From a virus, in IMG/VR virus record IMGVR_UViG_3300011581_000001, positions 344-64,343 of that record: a stretch of 64,000 nt of DNA, one strand, 5' to 3'. A program made the translations under genes and the position numbers. Below are positions 17,768 to 27,783 of the stretch, one piece after another (the stretch's first letter is position 1; each line of letters begins with the position of its first letter). The notes under the pieces were generated by a model. The model did not search any database. It saw only the letters and a list, made by a program, of their open reading frames with translations, and had not been told where the DNA came from.

Positions 17768-18301
17768 TTATTCAATTTCATTCGGATACATTTCGATATT
17801 ATCCGTCCAATACATCGGAATGATCGCGTATTCGTACACGTTCGTATACTCGTCCTTGCGCGACTTTTCCGCAGCATCCTCAATGCCGAACGCCTTAAAA
17901 GCGTCTCCTACGTCAGCGCCTTCGCTAAGCCATAACTTGAGTGCTGCAATTTCGCCGTCCTTAAAGATGACGCGAGCATCTTCGAATGTGTCCGAAGGCG
18001 CAAGCCAGTAATAATCCGCCGTATCCGTGCGATTGCCGACGAATTGAAATTGTCCGTCGATATACGGCTCAATGTCGCTATCTAGCGGAAACTTCGCCAG
18101 GACCTCGTCTTTTGATAGCGGTTTAATAGCTGGCGCCTTCGAGGCAGTCGTTTCAACGATTTCCGGCACCTCCGGCTCGTCCGCCACTTCCTCCGTTGAC
18201 TGCTCCGCTTGATAGCCCGTTTTCTCCAATATAAATCCGCCGAGAGCGCTTACTGCTATTAATACCGCAAAGGCTCCGCCAATTACTTTCCACTTTTTCA
18301 T
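17768..18301 (-). CDS. Membrane-anchored acidic extracytoplasmic protein (candidate superinfection exclusion)
   Basis: MKKWKV plus N-terminal TM, Glu/Pro linker, acidic domain; function inferred from position only. Confidence 0.65.
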   Translation of the reverse strand: MKKWKVIGGAFAVLIAVSALGGFILEKTGYQAEQSTEEVADEPEVPEIVETTASKAPAIKPLSKDEVLAKFPLDSDIEPYIDGQFQFVGNRTDTADYYWLAPSDTFEDARVIFKDGEIAALKLWLSEGADVGDAFKAFGIEDAAEKSRKDEYTNVYEYAIIPMYWTDNIEMYPNEIE

Positions 18302-18414
18302 CGTTATACACCGTCCTAATTTCCGTTTATTACCTATTGTAGCTTATTTACGTATGATTAACGCATATGGTTCGTAGGTATATAGTTGCATTTTAGAAAA
18401 AGTTTCTGAAAATC

Positions 18415-18456
18415 TGTCCGGTTTTTTATGTTTTAGTGTGTGTATTAGGTAAGAGG
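18415..18456 (+). promoter_or_regulatory. Phage-specific promoter motif, copy 1
   Basis: TGTCCG-N11-TTTAGTGTGTGTAT, same spacing as 27731 and 36700. Confidence 0.75.
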
Positions 18457-18511
18457 CGCAACAAACGGTTGGCGACGTTAAGTCCAAGTATTTGAATGGA
18501 GGTGGAAGAAG

Positions 18512-19300
18512 TTGAATATAGAGCAGATACAATCGTTCCTAGACGCTGGGTATTCTTCTAATAGAATCGCTAAATATTACGGTGTTGATCATACGAAAAT
18601 AGACAGGATTATCCGCCGATACTCTTTAGAAAAATACGAAGCATTTGACGAAAACACAAAAAAGATAGCAGCTTGGGACTATGACGAGGATTTTAAATTA
18701 TATAAAACTGAAGATGGTTGTATGAGTAAGGAAGAATGTATGGTAGATGCAATTGCAGAATTTATTAGGCAGCATGATATCGATGATATAACGATAGAGC
18801 TTCTTAAAGAGTACCGTCATATAGAAACATATTCCTACAAAGTATTCGGATCCCTGCCTAAGATGTACGAGTATTTCGGCATAGATAAAACTGCCGTTGA
18901 ATATTCGATGAATAAGCGAGCGAGATCGCTAGCTGCACTGGGCCACGAGTTTCAGCGGTTAGTAAAAGAAATATACGATGAAATTCCGTTAAGTCGACAC
19001 TCCACAAGAGGATATGGCGATTCGGTTCCGGATTTCATTTCGGGAAATACTTGGCTAGATGCAAAACTATCGAAATCAACCGTATTTAATCGAGGCTGCA
19101 ACACGTTGGAAAAGTATCGTAAACATACGGACTATTTAGTAATAATATACGCCCTAGACGACACTACCGCAACCGACGACCGAGCAACCTTCGTTCACAT
19201 CACGGAATACTACCCGTACATCAGCGTCGAACTCCAACGTAAAATCGACGCATTTATCCACAAAGCATCGGAAGTCAAGTTCGGAGGTGGCGCAGCTTGA
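18512..19300 (+). CDS. HTH plus putative PD-(D/E)XK nuclease protein
   Basis: N-terminal SSNRIAKYYGVDHTKIDRIIRRY HTH; C-terminal PDF....WLDAKLS motif. Confidence 0.6.
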   Translation: MNIEQIQSFLDAGYSSNRIAKYYGVDHTKIDRIIRRYSLEKYEAFDENTKKIAAWDYDEDFKLYKTEDGCMSKEECMVDAIAEFIRQHDIDDITIELLKEYRHIETYSYKVFGSLPKMYEYFGIDKTAVEYSMNKRARSLAALGHEFQRLVKEIYDEIPLSRHSTRGYGDSVPDFISGNTWLDAKLSKSTVFNRGCNTLEKYRKHTDYLVIIYALDDTTATDDRATFVHITEYYPYISVELQRKIDAFIHKASEVKFGGGAA

Positions 19301-19596
19301 AAGTAATCGATTATCGCACGTCTAAATTCGTAATGGCGCCGAGGTCGCTCGTCGAAGATAAGACGTTATCCCCACGGGATAAAACGGTCTATCTCACGCT
19401 ATGCCTATACGCAAATAACGAATCGAAGCAGGCGTATCCTTCAGCGGAAACAATCGGGGAGTACGTTGGCTGTAGTCGTAATAGCGTATTTCGGGCGGTA
19501 GCCAAGCTCGAAAGGGCGAGCTATATCAAGCGCGAGAATCGGAAGAACGGGCTGGGGAGGCAGACGACGAACATATACTACTTGCTCGATAAATAG
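19297..19596 (+). CDS. Short winged-HTH replication initiator-like protein
   Basis: LS..DK.VYL.LC.YANN....AYPS.ETI....GCSR.SV.RA...LE...YI...R...G.Q.TN.Y. Confidence 0.8.
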   Translation: MKVIDYRTSKFVMAPRSLVEDKTLSPRDKTVYLTLCLYANNESKQAYPSAETIGEYVGCSRNSVFRAVAKLERASYIKRENRKNGLGRQTTNIYYLLDK

Positions 19597-19795
19597 CGTA
19601 GGTGTATCTGAAATGGTGCACGGACCGAGTACCAAACTAGATACACGAACTATACTTAGTTATTTAACTAAACTACTATCTTTAAAACATAGCGCTCATT
19701 TGCTAACGCAAATAATCGCACCATTAAATAATAGCGGTAGTATAGCAATATAAGACCACGCGGTAAAAATAAATAATAACCGCAAAAGGAGGACG

Positions 19796-19972
19796 ATGGT
19801 TTTGAAAAACCATATTAATAATACTAACGCAACGACTCGCTGCGAGCCAGGCGACCACGCGTTCAAGCACGAATATATCGACTCTACTCACGTATTCACA
19901 TGCGAAGTTTGTACGCTAAGTATCTTGCCGACGACTATCGTAAACAATCAGCCTTTCAAACCGTCGGTCTAA
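19796..19972 (+). CDS. 58-aa Cys/His protein (not in ORF track)
   Basis: AAGGAGG RBS; C...DH.F....CEVC possible zinc ligands. Confidence 0.5.
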   Translation: MVLKNHINNTNATTRCEPGDHAFKHEYIDSTHVFTCEVCTLSILPTTIVNNQPFKPSV

Positions 19973-20071
19973 ACGTGGCTCACAGGCGTTTTAACTCGGA
20001 GGTAGACGTATTTATCATGCGTGAGTATATCACGCTAAATCAACGCAATTATAAAGGAGGAATTAAGCGGA

Positions 20072-20362
20072 ATGAATATCGAAATCAGCGGAAAATATCG
20101 CCTCACATCCGATTCAATGCAAATCATCGTTCAGCGGAAGCATACGGTCGACCCAACGAAGTCGCCAGCGTTCAATCCCGAAAAGCACTCGGCAGAAATT
20201 CGTGAGGAATGGCGCGAATGGAAATACTGCGGAAAAGTTTCGCAAGCAATCGAATTGATTGCGCAACAGAACGTATTCGACTCGGACGCAACGACATTGG
20301 TGGAACTGCTCAACGAAATCAAGGCGTTTCGCCGTGAGATTAGCGACTTGCTTAGCGGATAG
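20072..20362 (+). CDS. Hypothetical phage protein (DUF5405-like)
   Basis: AAGGAGG RBS; YRLTSD..Q N-terminus. Confidence 0.7.
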   Translation: MNIEISGKYRLTSDSMQIIVQRKHTVDPTKSPAFNPEKHSAEIREEWREWKYCGKVSQAIELIAQQNVFDSDATTLVELLNEIKAFRREISDLLSG

Positions 20363-20436
20363 GGGAAATGTTAGGGCGGAGGCTAAGACGTCTAAATGGA
20401 CGGGATTACGAAGGAAAAACGAAAGGGGAGCGGATT

Positions 20437-20886
20437 ATGAACGCTAATCGCGTAAGCGCAGAACAATTGAACGCAATTAAGGAAAGAGCGGAGAAGGCGA
20501 CGCCTGGACCATGGCACCGAATGTATAAAGTAGGAATCGAAATCCATGCCGAGAACGAATGGGCGCCCGTAATCGAAGAGGACGTAGGGGTCGTTCGGTA
20601 TTCAGATGCTGACTTCATTATCAAAAGTCGCGAGGACATTCCGCAATTAGTGGCGGAGGTTGAACGGTTGTAGGCCGATTCTCAACAATATTTGGCGGAC
20701 AATGTTCATCTACACGGCGATATTGTAGCGTTACGAGCCGACTATGTACGGCTAAAAGTTGCGTTGGAAAAGGTGCAAGGAGAATTAATTTGGACGCGAG
20801 GACGCACCGAGGAACATGATGGAGATATTACTGGAATGTGCGTAAAGATACGAAGAGTACTAGACGGAGGTTATTACGATGAATAA
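20437..20886 (+). pseudogene. Ead/Ea22-like gene split by an in-frame TAG (20671-20673)
   Basis: AEKATPGPW...DADFI..SREDIPQLVAEVERL* continues in the same frame into ORF 20692..20886, which has no RBS of its own. Confidence 0.55.
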
Positions 20887-21079
20887 ACCAACAACTCCGA
20901 CGGAGCACCTAATCGTCGAACTAGCTTCGAAAATGGCACGCTATGAAATCGCATTGCAGTCGTGTCTAATCGTAGCAAGAAACGGAGCAATCGACGACGA
21001 TCAATGTGCGAAGGTACATTTGCGGTATATCGAAAAGGAAGCGGAGAAGGCGCTTAGTATCGAGGAGGTAGCGGGATGA
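20879..21079 (+). CDS. Hypothetical protein
   Basis: GGAGG RBS, overlapping gene chain. Confidence 0.65.
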   Translation: MNKPTTPTEHLIVELASKMARYEIALQSCLIVARNGAIDDDQCAKVHLRYIEKEAEKALSIEEVAG

Positions 21080-21261
21080 ACTCGAAAACGTATCGCGTCT
21101 ATTATTTCTTTTCGTGGGATGAACGCATTTATGGCGGAACAAGGCGCCGATGGTCGTGGCATTATACGCACACTAAAGCGAAAAGCAAGAGCGATGCGAA
21201 ACGTAGAATCAAACATGGAAATCGCATCGTAATATTTGCGAAGGAGGTAGCGGAAGGATGA
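21076..21261 (+). CDS. Hypothetical basic protein
   Basis: GAGGAGG RBS, ATGA overlap. Confidence 0.6.
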   Translation: MNSKTYRVYYFFSWDERIYGGTRRRWSWHYTHTKAKSKSDAKRRIKHGNRIVIFAKEVAEG

Positions 21262-21545
21262 ACGGAGTAATTAAGAATATTAGGAAAGCGTATCAAAACG
21301 GGTGGGACTTTAACGTGTCGTATAGCGACGTTAGAGAACTCGAATTTCTAGAGTATCAAAACGATAGCTTAGCGAAAGAAAACGAACGACTACGCAAGGC
21401 ACTCGAATTTTATGCAGATGGTCAACATTACGAACCGTATTGTATCGGAGAAATGGGCGCAAGTGACGTCACAGAGGACGCAGGCTATATCGCAAGGGAG
21501 GCGTTAAATAATGGCGAAGCATTACACGGAAATTCCCGTCGATAA
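21258..21545 (+). CDS. Hypothetical phage protein
   Basis: ENERLRKALEFYAD...AREAL motif; AAGGAGG RBS. Confidence 0.7.
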   Translation: MNGVIKNIRKAYQNGWDFNVSYSDVRELEFLEYQNDSLAKENERLRKALEFYADGQHYEPYCIGEMGASDVTEDAGYIAREALNNGEALHGNSRR

Positions 21546-21885
21546 ATGGAACGTCGGACATTTCCACGCATATTTAGCCGACGAACATCAACGCAGATAT
21601 AACGTAAGCTATGCGCCCTTCCGTGGTTGGACCGCTGAAAAAGGGATGATAGCGCGCTATATCGGAACGACGAAAAAGCCAGGCTTGTATTCGAAGGAAA
21701 TCGTTAAGGACTTTATCGACCGCTGCTACGATGACTGGCGCCCCGGGAAATACACCGGGGTATCGTTCGGTTTTATGTCTACGTATATGACGCGACATTT
21801 GCAAGATGCGGAGAAGGCGGCGAACTTGCGGAGACTAGAGGCGGAAGCTAGCGAGGAAATGGAGGATTTGAGCGGATGGCTGTAA
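21511..21885 (+). CDS. Replication-module protein (possible helicase loader partner)
   Basis: GGGAGG RBS; lies just upstream of the DnaC-like gene. Confidence 0.6.
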   Translation: MAKHYTEIPVDKWNVGHFHAYLADEHQRRYNVSYAPFRGWTAEKGMIARYIGTTKKPGLYSKEIVKDFIDRCYDDWRPGKYTGVSFGFMSTYMTRHLQDAEKAANLRRLEAEASEEMEDLSGWL

Positions 21886-22244
21886 CTAACAGCGGAATCA
21901 CGATAACGATTAAGCTGGAAACGTTAGAGGACGTAGCGAACGCATTTTTGCAGAAGGAATACGGACTAACGCTTGATATTCCAATAATACGAAACAATCG
22001 GTATCGACGAACGATGGGCGCTTTTGTACGTGAATACGACGAGACTACGAACGGTTACATCCCGTCGAAAATCGAGATTGCCGGGTGGGTACTAGAACGG
22101 TGTCACGTAGACGCAGTTATCGATACGTTAAAGCATGAATGCGTACATTATGCCCTATACACGCTAGGAATACCGCATAGCGACGGGCAAGCGGAGTTCG
22201 AGGCTGAATTAAAACGGCTGGGAATTACCAGCAATTACGACTAG
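21876..22244 (+). CDS. SprT-like zinc metalloprotease domain protein
   Basis: R..RTMG.F and TLKHECVHY (HExxH) followed by H.DG..F. Confidence 0.8.
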   Translation: MAVTNSGITITIKLETLEDVANAFLQKEYGLTLDIPIIRNNRYRRTMGAFVREYDETTNGYIPSKIEIAGWVLERCHVDAVIDTLKHECVHYALYTLGIPHSDGQAEFEAELKRLGITSNYD

Positions 22245-22258
22245 GAGGTAACGGATTA

Positions 22259-23020
22259 ATGACGCAATGTATCTTAAATGATCGCAATAAAAACGGTTGC
22301 GACGCTTGCCCTCCGACATGCGCACACCGAATCGCCTTACAAGGCATGAACGGAAAAGGCGGACGCATAGCACTCGCAGGCGCACCGGTAAGCTATCGTG
22401 GACTCACATTAGCCAATTCGCCAGCACGCGAAAGCCAGGCGAAGGTTTACGAATTATTAGCGCAATATGTAGCGACATTCTCACGCGTATTTGACGCAGA
22501 AGGTGAAAGCGCTAAGCAACGGATTAAATCGCTCTATCTATTCTCGGCGAATCCTGGCACGGGCAAGACGACGACTGCTTGCGTGGCACTTAACGAATAT
22601 ATCATCGCGAGCTATCTCGGAGCGCTAAAGAACGGCAAGCAACCGTCGCAGCAGCCGGCACTATTCCTCGATATTAACGAAATGCAGACGAAGTACAATC
22701 TCGCGACAATGACGAATGATGAAACGGGGCTGAACGAAGTTAAGGCGCTAATCAAGCGAGCAAGTAGCGTCGAGTTCCTTGTTTGCGACGATTTGGCGAT
22801 AAGATCAGCTAGTGAAAGTTTTAGGTCGATGGTACACGCGATAATAAACGCGCGAACTACTGCGGACTTGCCGACGGTTTATACATCGAATGTTCCTATC
22901 AGCGAGTTGGCTACGGTATTTGATGCGAGATTGGCGGATAGGGTACGGGATCATTGTGCGGTTATTCCGTTTGGTGGCGGAAGTAAGCGTGGAGGACGAA
23001 AAAAGGCGGAATCTGAATGA
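22259..23020 (+). CDS. DnaC/DnaI-like helicase loader ATPase
   Basis: N-terminal Cys cluster, PGTGKTT, LVCDDL, YTSN, RLADR. Confidence 0.88.
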   Translation: MTQCILNDRNKNGCDACPPTCAHRIALQGMNGKGGRIALAGAPVSYRGLTLANSPARESQAKVYELLAQYVATFSRVFDAEGESAKQRIKSLYLFSANPGTGKTTTACVALNEYIIASYLGALKNGKQPSQQPALFLDINEMQTKYNLATMTNDETGLNEVKALIKRASSVEFLVCDDLAIRSASESFRSMVHAIINARTTADLPTVYTSNVPISELATVFDARLADRVRDHCAVIPFGGGSKRGGRKKAESE

Positions 23021-23121
23021 CACACATACTGTTCGCTATTTCGGTTGTAGGGTTTATTGGTAGCGTAGTTTTACTTACCTATGTTTTAGTTGGGACGTTA
23101 TTTGGTGACGTAGATTTATAG
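23017..23121 (+). CDS. 34-aa membrane peptide
   Basis: ATGA overlap, single hydrophobic helix. Confidence 0.45.
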   Translation: MTHILFAISVVGFIGSVVLLTYVLVGTLFGDVDL

Positions 23122-23301
23122 CGAAATAAAATCCGAAAGGGGATACGCTTGGCAACGGAATCATTATCGATGTTGACGTGGGCGCTTGAGCACCCGTATT
23201 TATACGCAATCATTCAGATTAAACCGCCGATTATCGCTATCGTCGTTTATGTACTCATAAAATTGGCGCTATGTATGACGGCGAAGCAGAGGAGGTAACG
23301 A

Positions 23302-23631
23302 ATGAAAAACGTATTAATGTTCATGCTCGGAATGGCTACGACAGTTGTAGCGATAAGACTCGTAACTAAAGACGGTGACAATTACGATGATTTCTACGAT
23401 TTATTCGAGGAGGATGCCGATATGTTCTTTAATCAACCGAGGAAACCGATTGAAACGGCTGCACAAAAGTCGGTTCGCGAGCGTAAAGAGGCGATAAAGG
23501 CGCTATTAGCCGAGCAAGACTACGAATTAACTTCGTTAAGTCACGCAATTAAGACGCAAAACGCAACGGAGATTCAACGCAGTAAAGCGAGATTATCCGA
23601 AATACAGCACGAATTGGAGACGATGAAGTGA
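23302..23631 (+). CDS. Hypothetical protein (possible second start at MFFNQ)
   Basis: GAGGAGG RBS at the start and again internally. Confidence 0.6.
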   Translation: MKNVLMFMLGMATTVVAIRLVTKDGDNYDDFYDLFEEDADMFFNQPRKPIETAAQKSVRERKEAIKALLAEQDYELTSLSHAIKTQNATEIQRSKARLSEIQHELETMK

Positions 23632-23746
23632 TAACGGGACATGCGGTAACAGACGTAGTAATTGCTCTATTATCAGCGTTTGGATTTACGTTGATGGTAG
23701 CGGAGGAATACATGAAACGAAAAGAAAAACGGAGGTGGCGGAAGAG

Positions 23747-24088
23747 ATGATAAGTAACGCAGAGTTGGTGTGGATTATTAATAGCGTTGAGGAAACATCG
23801 TTCGATAAAGCGTACGTAAAAGGCGACCAGTGGAAAGGGTACGAAGTTAAAAACGAAGGAAACGGACTCTTAATTGCGGAGATGTCAGTAGATACAGACG
23901 CGCTGTTCCTAGTAAATGCTCGTGAAGATATCCCTCGGCTTGTATCGGAGATTCAACGACTTCAAAGTGCAATTGAGTACGCTATTAGTATTACGAACGA
24001 TGACGATACGTGGGACTACTTGCAGAACGTATTAAAAGGGACGGAGCAAAACGCACATATTTTCAATATCGGAGGGAGACGCGAATGA
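23747..24088 (+). CDS. Hypothetical protein with Ead/Ea22-like C-terminal motif
   Basis: DALFLVNAREDIPRLVSEIQRLQ; start uncertain. Confidence 0.65.
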   Translation: MISNAELVWIINSVEETSFDKAYVKGDQWKGYEVKNEGNGLLIAEMSVDTDALFLVNAREDIPRLVSEIQRLQSAIEYAISITNDDDTWDYLQNVLKGTEQNAHIFNIGGRRE

Positions 24089-25443
24089 GTAACTACGGAA
24101 CAATGCTGTTATCGAAAGTGCTCGATAATAACGACGTCCAGGCGCTCGCTCGCCATAATATCGGCGCTGATCATTTTAAATCGAAAGCTGACCGGAAGGC
24201 ATTCGAATTTATTCACAGCTATTCCGAACAGAATCGTGGCCAGGCGCCAAGCTATGCGACAGTGACGGAAAATGTGCCGGATTTCTTCTATGTTCCGCAA
24301 GTATCGGACAGCTACGAATATCTGACGCGTCGTTTGTTAAATGACGCTGGGAGAGCGGAGTTTATCGAGTTTGTGCAGTCACCAAACGGCTTGCAGGCGC
24401 TATTTAGCGAACACCAAAATAATATTCCGGAATTAATTGACAAGCTAACGGAGAAGTTCGATAATATTAAATATAGAACAGACGTTCGTGAAAAAGTGGG
24501 AACGGACTTGCGAATGGATGGGGATAAATTCCTAGAGGAGTACCAACTCAGGAAAGAAGGCAAGTCGTTTAAACTATGGAAGTCGAAGTTCCCGAAAATA
24601 AACGAGGTTGTTGGCGGATACTATAGCGGAAACATGTATACATGGTACGCTCGTTCTGGACGCGGTAAATCCGTAGTAACGATGGAAGAAGCAATTGAGG
24701 CCGCAATGCAAGGCGCAACTGTTCTTGTTTGGGCGATGGAAATGTCGCGATTCGAATGGATGGCACGCGCATATTCGGCCATCAGTGGACGCAAAGGTTG
24801 GGTGTTAGCGCAAATAGACGGTTTAGACTACGAGGTAGGTTTCGAGAATAGGGCGCTATTGACCGGCCAACTAACCGAGGAATTTGAAGCGGGATTTAAA
24901 ACGTTTATTGAGATGTTAGAAGGCGATGACGTCATGCCAGGGCGCGTGATACTCCGGGCTGCTGACGATTACGATTTTAGAACTCGCAGCGTAAAAGAGT
25001 TGGAGGCTGATATATTAGCGACAAAAGCGGATGTAGTACTCGTTGATCCGATTTATCTTATGGATTTTGAAGCGAATACAAGCCGTACTACCGGCGGTGA
25101 TGTTGCAGAGACTTCGAAGAAATTACGCCGTATGAGCGGCTACTTGGATGTTGTAATGCACGTAATAACGCAATCCGAAGAAGTAAAAGACGATACAGAT
25201 GACGAAGGTAATCGAGAACTAAGACCTCCAAAACGTGCTGAAATAAAGAAAACGAAGCAAGTTCTCGAGGATGCTACAAATACTTTCGGAATCGATTCGG
25301 TAGATGGTCGCGCTCTAATTGAAATCGGGAAAGGTCGTAATGGGGGAGAAGGAACGCAAGTAGAACTCTTATATTTACCGAATTACGGTTTAGTAAAACA
25401 AATGGAAACTGGGCCAGCGAGCGTTGAACAATTCGACTTTTAG
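24085..25443 (+). CDS. Replicative DnaB-family helicase
   Basis: ARSGRGKS, AMEM, VLVDPIYLM, KGRNG; ATG 24085 with GGAGGG RBS. Confidence 0.92.
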   Translation: MSNYGTMLLSKVLDNNDVQALARHNIGADHFKSKADRKAFEFIHSYSEQNRGQAPSYATVTENVPDFFYVPQVSDSYEYLTRRLLNDAGRAEFIEFVQSPNGLQALFSEHQNNIPELIDKLTEKFDNIKYRTDVREKVGTDLRMDGDKFLEEYQLRKEGKSFKLWKSKFPKINEVVGGYYSGNMYTWYARSGRGKSVVTMEEAIEAAMQGATVLVWAMEMSRFEWMARAYSAISGRKGWVLAQIDGLDYEVGFENRALLTGQLTEEFEAGFKTFIEMLEGDDVMPGRVILRAADDYDFRTRSVKELEADILATKADVVLVDPIYLMDFEANTSRTTGGDVAETSKKLRRMSGYLDVVMHVITQSEEVKDDTDDEGNRELRPPKRAEIKKTKQVLEDATNTFGIDSVDGRALIEIGKGRNGGEGTQVELLYLPNYGLVKQMETGPASVEQFDF

Positions 25444-25449
25444 GAGGTT

Positions 25450-25971
25450 TTGATATTGAAAGAAATCACATTATCAAACGGAATGAAGGTTAAAATTAGT
25501 GACTGCGATTATGAAGAATTAGCTCAATATAAATGGCACCACGCTACAGCTGGCTACGCCTTTCGAAATCTGTCCAGTAGCCACACGCAAGAATATATGC
25601 ACAGGTTTATTCTTGGATTGAAAAAGGGAGACAGTAAAATAGTTGACCACATTAACGGTGACGGCCTGGATAACAGGAGAGAGAATTTAAGGGTCTGCAC
25701 TAAATCACAGAATCAACAAAACCAAAAACCTCGACACACTAGGAGAAGTAAATACAAAGGCGTCGGTTATTATGTTCGAGATAGGAAATGGCGTGCCCGA
25801 ATTGTTGTTGAGGGAAAGGACATAGAGTTAGGAAAGTTTTCTTGCGAAACCTGCGCAGCAATAACATACGACGAAGCAGCAGAAAAGTATCATGGGGAGT
25901 TTGCTTGGTTAAACCGAGAACACTTTCCTATAAATGATTACTCGCACGAAATTTCCGAACCTCCGATTTAA
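25450..25971 (+). CDS. Free-standing HNH-AP2 homing endonuclease
   Basis: VDHINGDGLDNRRENLR HNH; SKYKGV...KWRARI...LG.F AP2 domain. Confidence 0.9.
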   Translation: MILKEITLSNGMKVKISDCDYEELAQYKWHHATAGYAFRNLSSSHTQEYMHRFILGLKKGDSKIVDHINGDGLDNRRENLRVCTKSQNQQNQKPRHTRRSKYKGVGYYVRDRKWRARIVVEGKDIELGKFSCETCAAITYDEAAEKYHGEFAWLNREHFPINDYSHEISEPPI

Positions 25972-26177
25972 TGTGATTTTTATCACAGTGATTTGTCGTC
26001 AATTCTGCTAATATCGAGTAAGGTGTATCTACCGTAAACACTATGAGAACAGTGTTTTTCGTTTGCAATTTTTCAATAGCATACATTTAGTATGGTAAAT
26101 GAAAATAGACTTATTTACACAATGTTGGAATGTGTGGTTATATTAAGCTAACGATAAATCGAAAGGGAGGCGGTCAA

Positions 26178-27161
26178 ATGCCGACATTAAAAATTAACGG
26201 TCACGACGTAGATATTGACGTTCGAGGCGAGTTGGAAAAATACGATTGGATACGTCCAAAATGGTCGCATGATAAGTTGATTGCAGCATCTCCATTTCGA
26301 TATGATCGTTCTCCTTCGTTCTTCGTCCGTTTGGAATCTTACGGAGACTATCCAGTAGGCACATGGGCGGATAGTGGCGCCTACGATGACGAGTATAAAT
26401 CGGGAAATTTTGTTAAATTGCTATCATTCCTGCGAAATGAAACATACGAGGAAACTACCGATTACCTACTGTCTGAATATGTCGAATTGTCGGAAAGGTA
26501 TACCGAAAGACTTAATTTGCCGTATCTGACCTTTACCGCACGCAAAAGAGTGCTAAAGCGTGGTATTATTGACGTATCCCAATCACCATATTTGACGAAA
26601 CGTGGCATATCGGAGGATGTACAACTTGAAGCGCAAGTAGGAAAATCGCGCTATAATGGATTCGTAGCAATCCCGTGGTATGACGCAAACGGCGAACTTG
26701 CCAACGTAAAGTACCGTGCTACTCGCGGAAAAGCGTTCTTTTACGAAAAAGGTGGACGACCCATTCGCGAATTAGTCTACGGCGCTGATTTATACACGCG
26801 TCATACGGACGAGTTAATCGTCTGTGAAGCGGAAATCGATGCGCTAAGTTGGCGAACGGCTGGAATGGCAGCAGTAGCGGTAGGCGGTGTAGCATTTACG
26901 CATTGGCACGCTGATATATTGCGAAGGCTTCCGTTTAGTAGATTGATAGTTGCGGGCGATAACGATAAAGCTGGCGCTAAGTTTAACGAGCAAGTCGCAA
27001 ATGCGCTCAAACGTGATAAACGGGTGTATGCGTTGGATTGGCGAGAAATTGCCGAGAAGGATGCGAACGAGGTTCTATGTGAACGTGGAGTTATTGCGCT
27101 ACGGGCTACGCTAGCGGACGTCATCGACGTAAGCAACAATCTGCTCGATTGGAACGTCTAA
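26178..27161 (+). CDS. DNA primase (Toprim)
   Basis: YL.KRGI, VCEAEIDALS, AGDNDKAG, KDANE. Confidence 0.88.
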   Translation: MPTLKINGHDVDIDVRGELEKYDWIRPKWSHDKLIAASPFRYDRSPSFFVRLESYGDYPVGTWADSGAYDDEYKSGNFVKLLSFLRNETYEETTDYLLSEYVELSERYTERLNLPYLTFTARKRVLKRGIIDVSQSPYLTKRGISEDVQLEAQVGKSRYNGFVAIPWYDANGELANVKYRATRGKAFFYEKGGRPIRELVYGADLYTRHTDELIVCEAEIDALSWRTAGMAAVAVGGVAFTHWHADILRRLPFSRLIVAGDNDKAGAKFNEQVANALKRDKRVYALDWREIAEKDANEVLCERGVIALRATLADVIDVSNNLLDWNV

Positions 27162-27320
27162 GTATGCGCAAAGTAGGTCGATCGTCTGTAATGTAACGTA
27201 GCCTGTGTCGTTTTTAAGATGCGTGGCAGTTACCGGATGAATACCGATTTCACGACGCAACTGACGGTAAGAAATGCCTCGCTCGCGCAATATAATACGC
27301 AAGGGCTCGTATGTAATCAT
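27111..27320 (-). CDS. HTH_26 (Cro/C1-type) regulator, paralog B
   Basis: MITYEPLR...TID.LC.YLDVPIEQIV. Confidence 0.85.
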   Translation of the reverse strand: MITYEPLRIILRERGISYRQLRREIGIHPVTATHLKNDTGYVTLQTIDLLCAYLDVPIEQIVAYVDDVR

Positions 27321-27394
27321 AAAGCCTTACCTCCGCTATTAATTATAACGGTTGGTAGACGCTTACGGTACGGGTGGTTCGAAATCTGAACCGT

Positions 27395-27601
27395 TTAATT
27401 GTCCGGAATGTGACGAACTACTTCCTGGATAGGAGCGTTCAAGTACGTGCAGATGCGATCGAGGACTTCGAGGCTGACGGGGCCCGAATCGTTGTTTAGC
27501 CTAACGGCTGCTACCGAATGTATATCGAGTTCGCGGCGAAGCTCGCGGAACGAAATCTTACGTTGTGACAATAATGTGCGCAAAGGTTCATAAGTGAACA
27601 T
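27395..27601 (-). CDS. HTH_26 (Cro/C1-type) regulator, paralog A
   Basis: Start MFTYEPLR at 27601 with AAGGAG RBS; LDRIC.YL..PI.EVV. Confidence 0.85.
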   Translation of the reverse strand: MFTYEPLRTLLSQRKISFRELRRELDIHSVAAVRLNNDSGPVSLEVLDRICTYLNAPIQEVVRHIPDN

Positions 27602-27730
27602 TTTGTTGGACAACTCCTTCTTTATTTGGTTTACATTATAAACCACTATGTAGTATAATTGTGACATATCTACCAATAAATTGTAATACGAAAATAAAAG
27701 AAAAAAAGTTTCAAAGTTTTTTCTAAATCT

Positions 27731-27774
27731 TGTCCGTTTTTCAAAATTTTAGTGTGTGTATTAAGTATAGGAGG
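27731..27774 (+). promoter_or_regulatory. Phage-specific promoter motif, copy 2
   Basis: TGTCCG-N11-TTTAGTGTGTGTAT directly before the sigma-like gene. Confidence 0.75.
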
Positions 27775-27783
27775 CGATAATAT

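Noticed and set aside
26046-26060. LexA (SOS) box upstream of primase
   Set aside because: GAAC-N3-GTTT does not fit GAAC-N4-GTTC spacing
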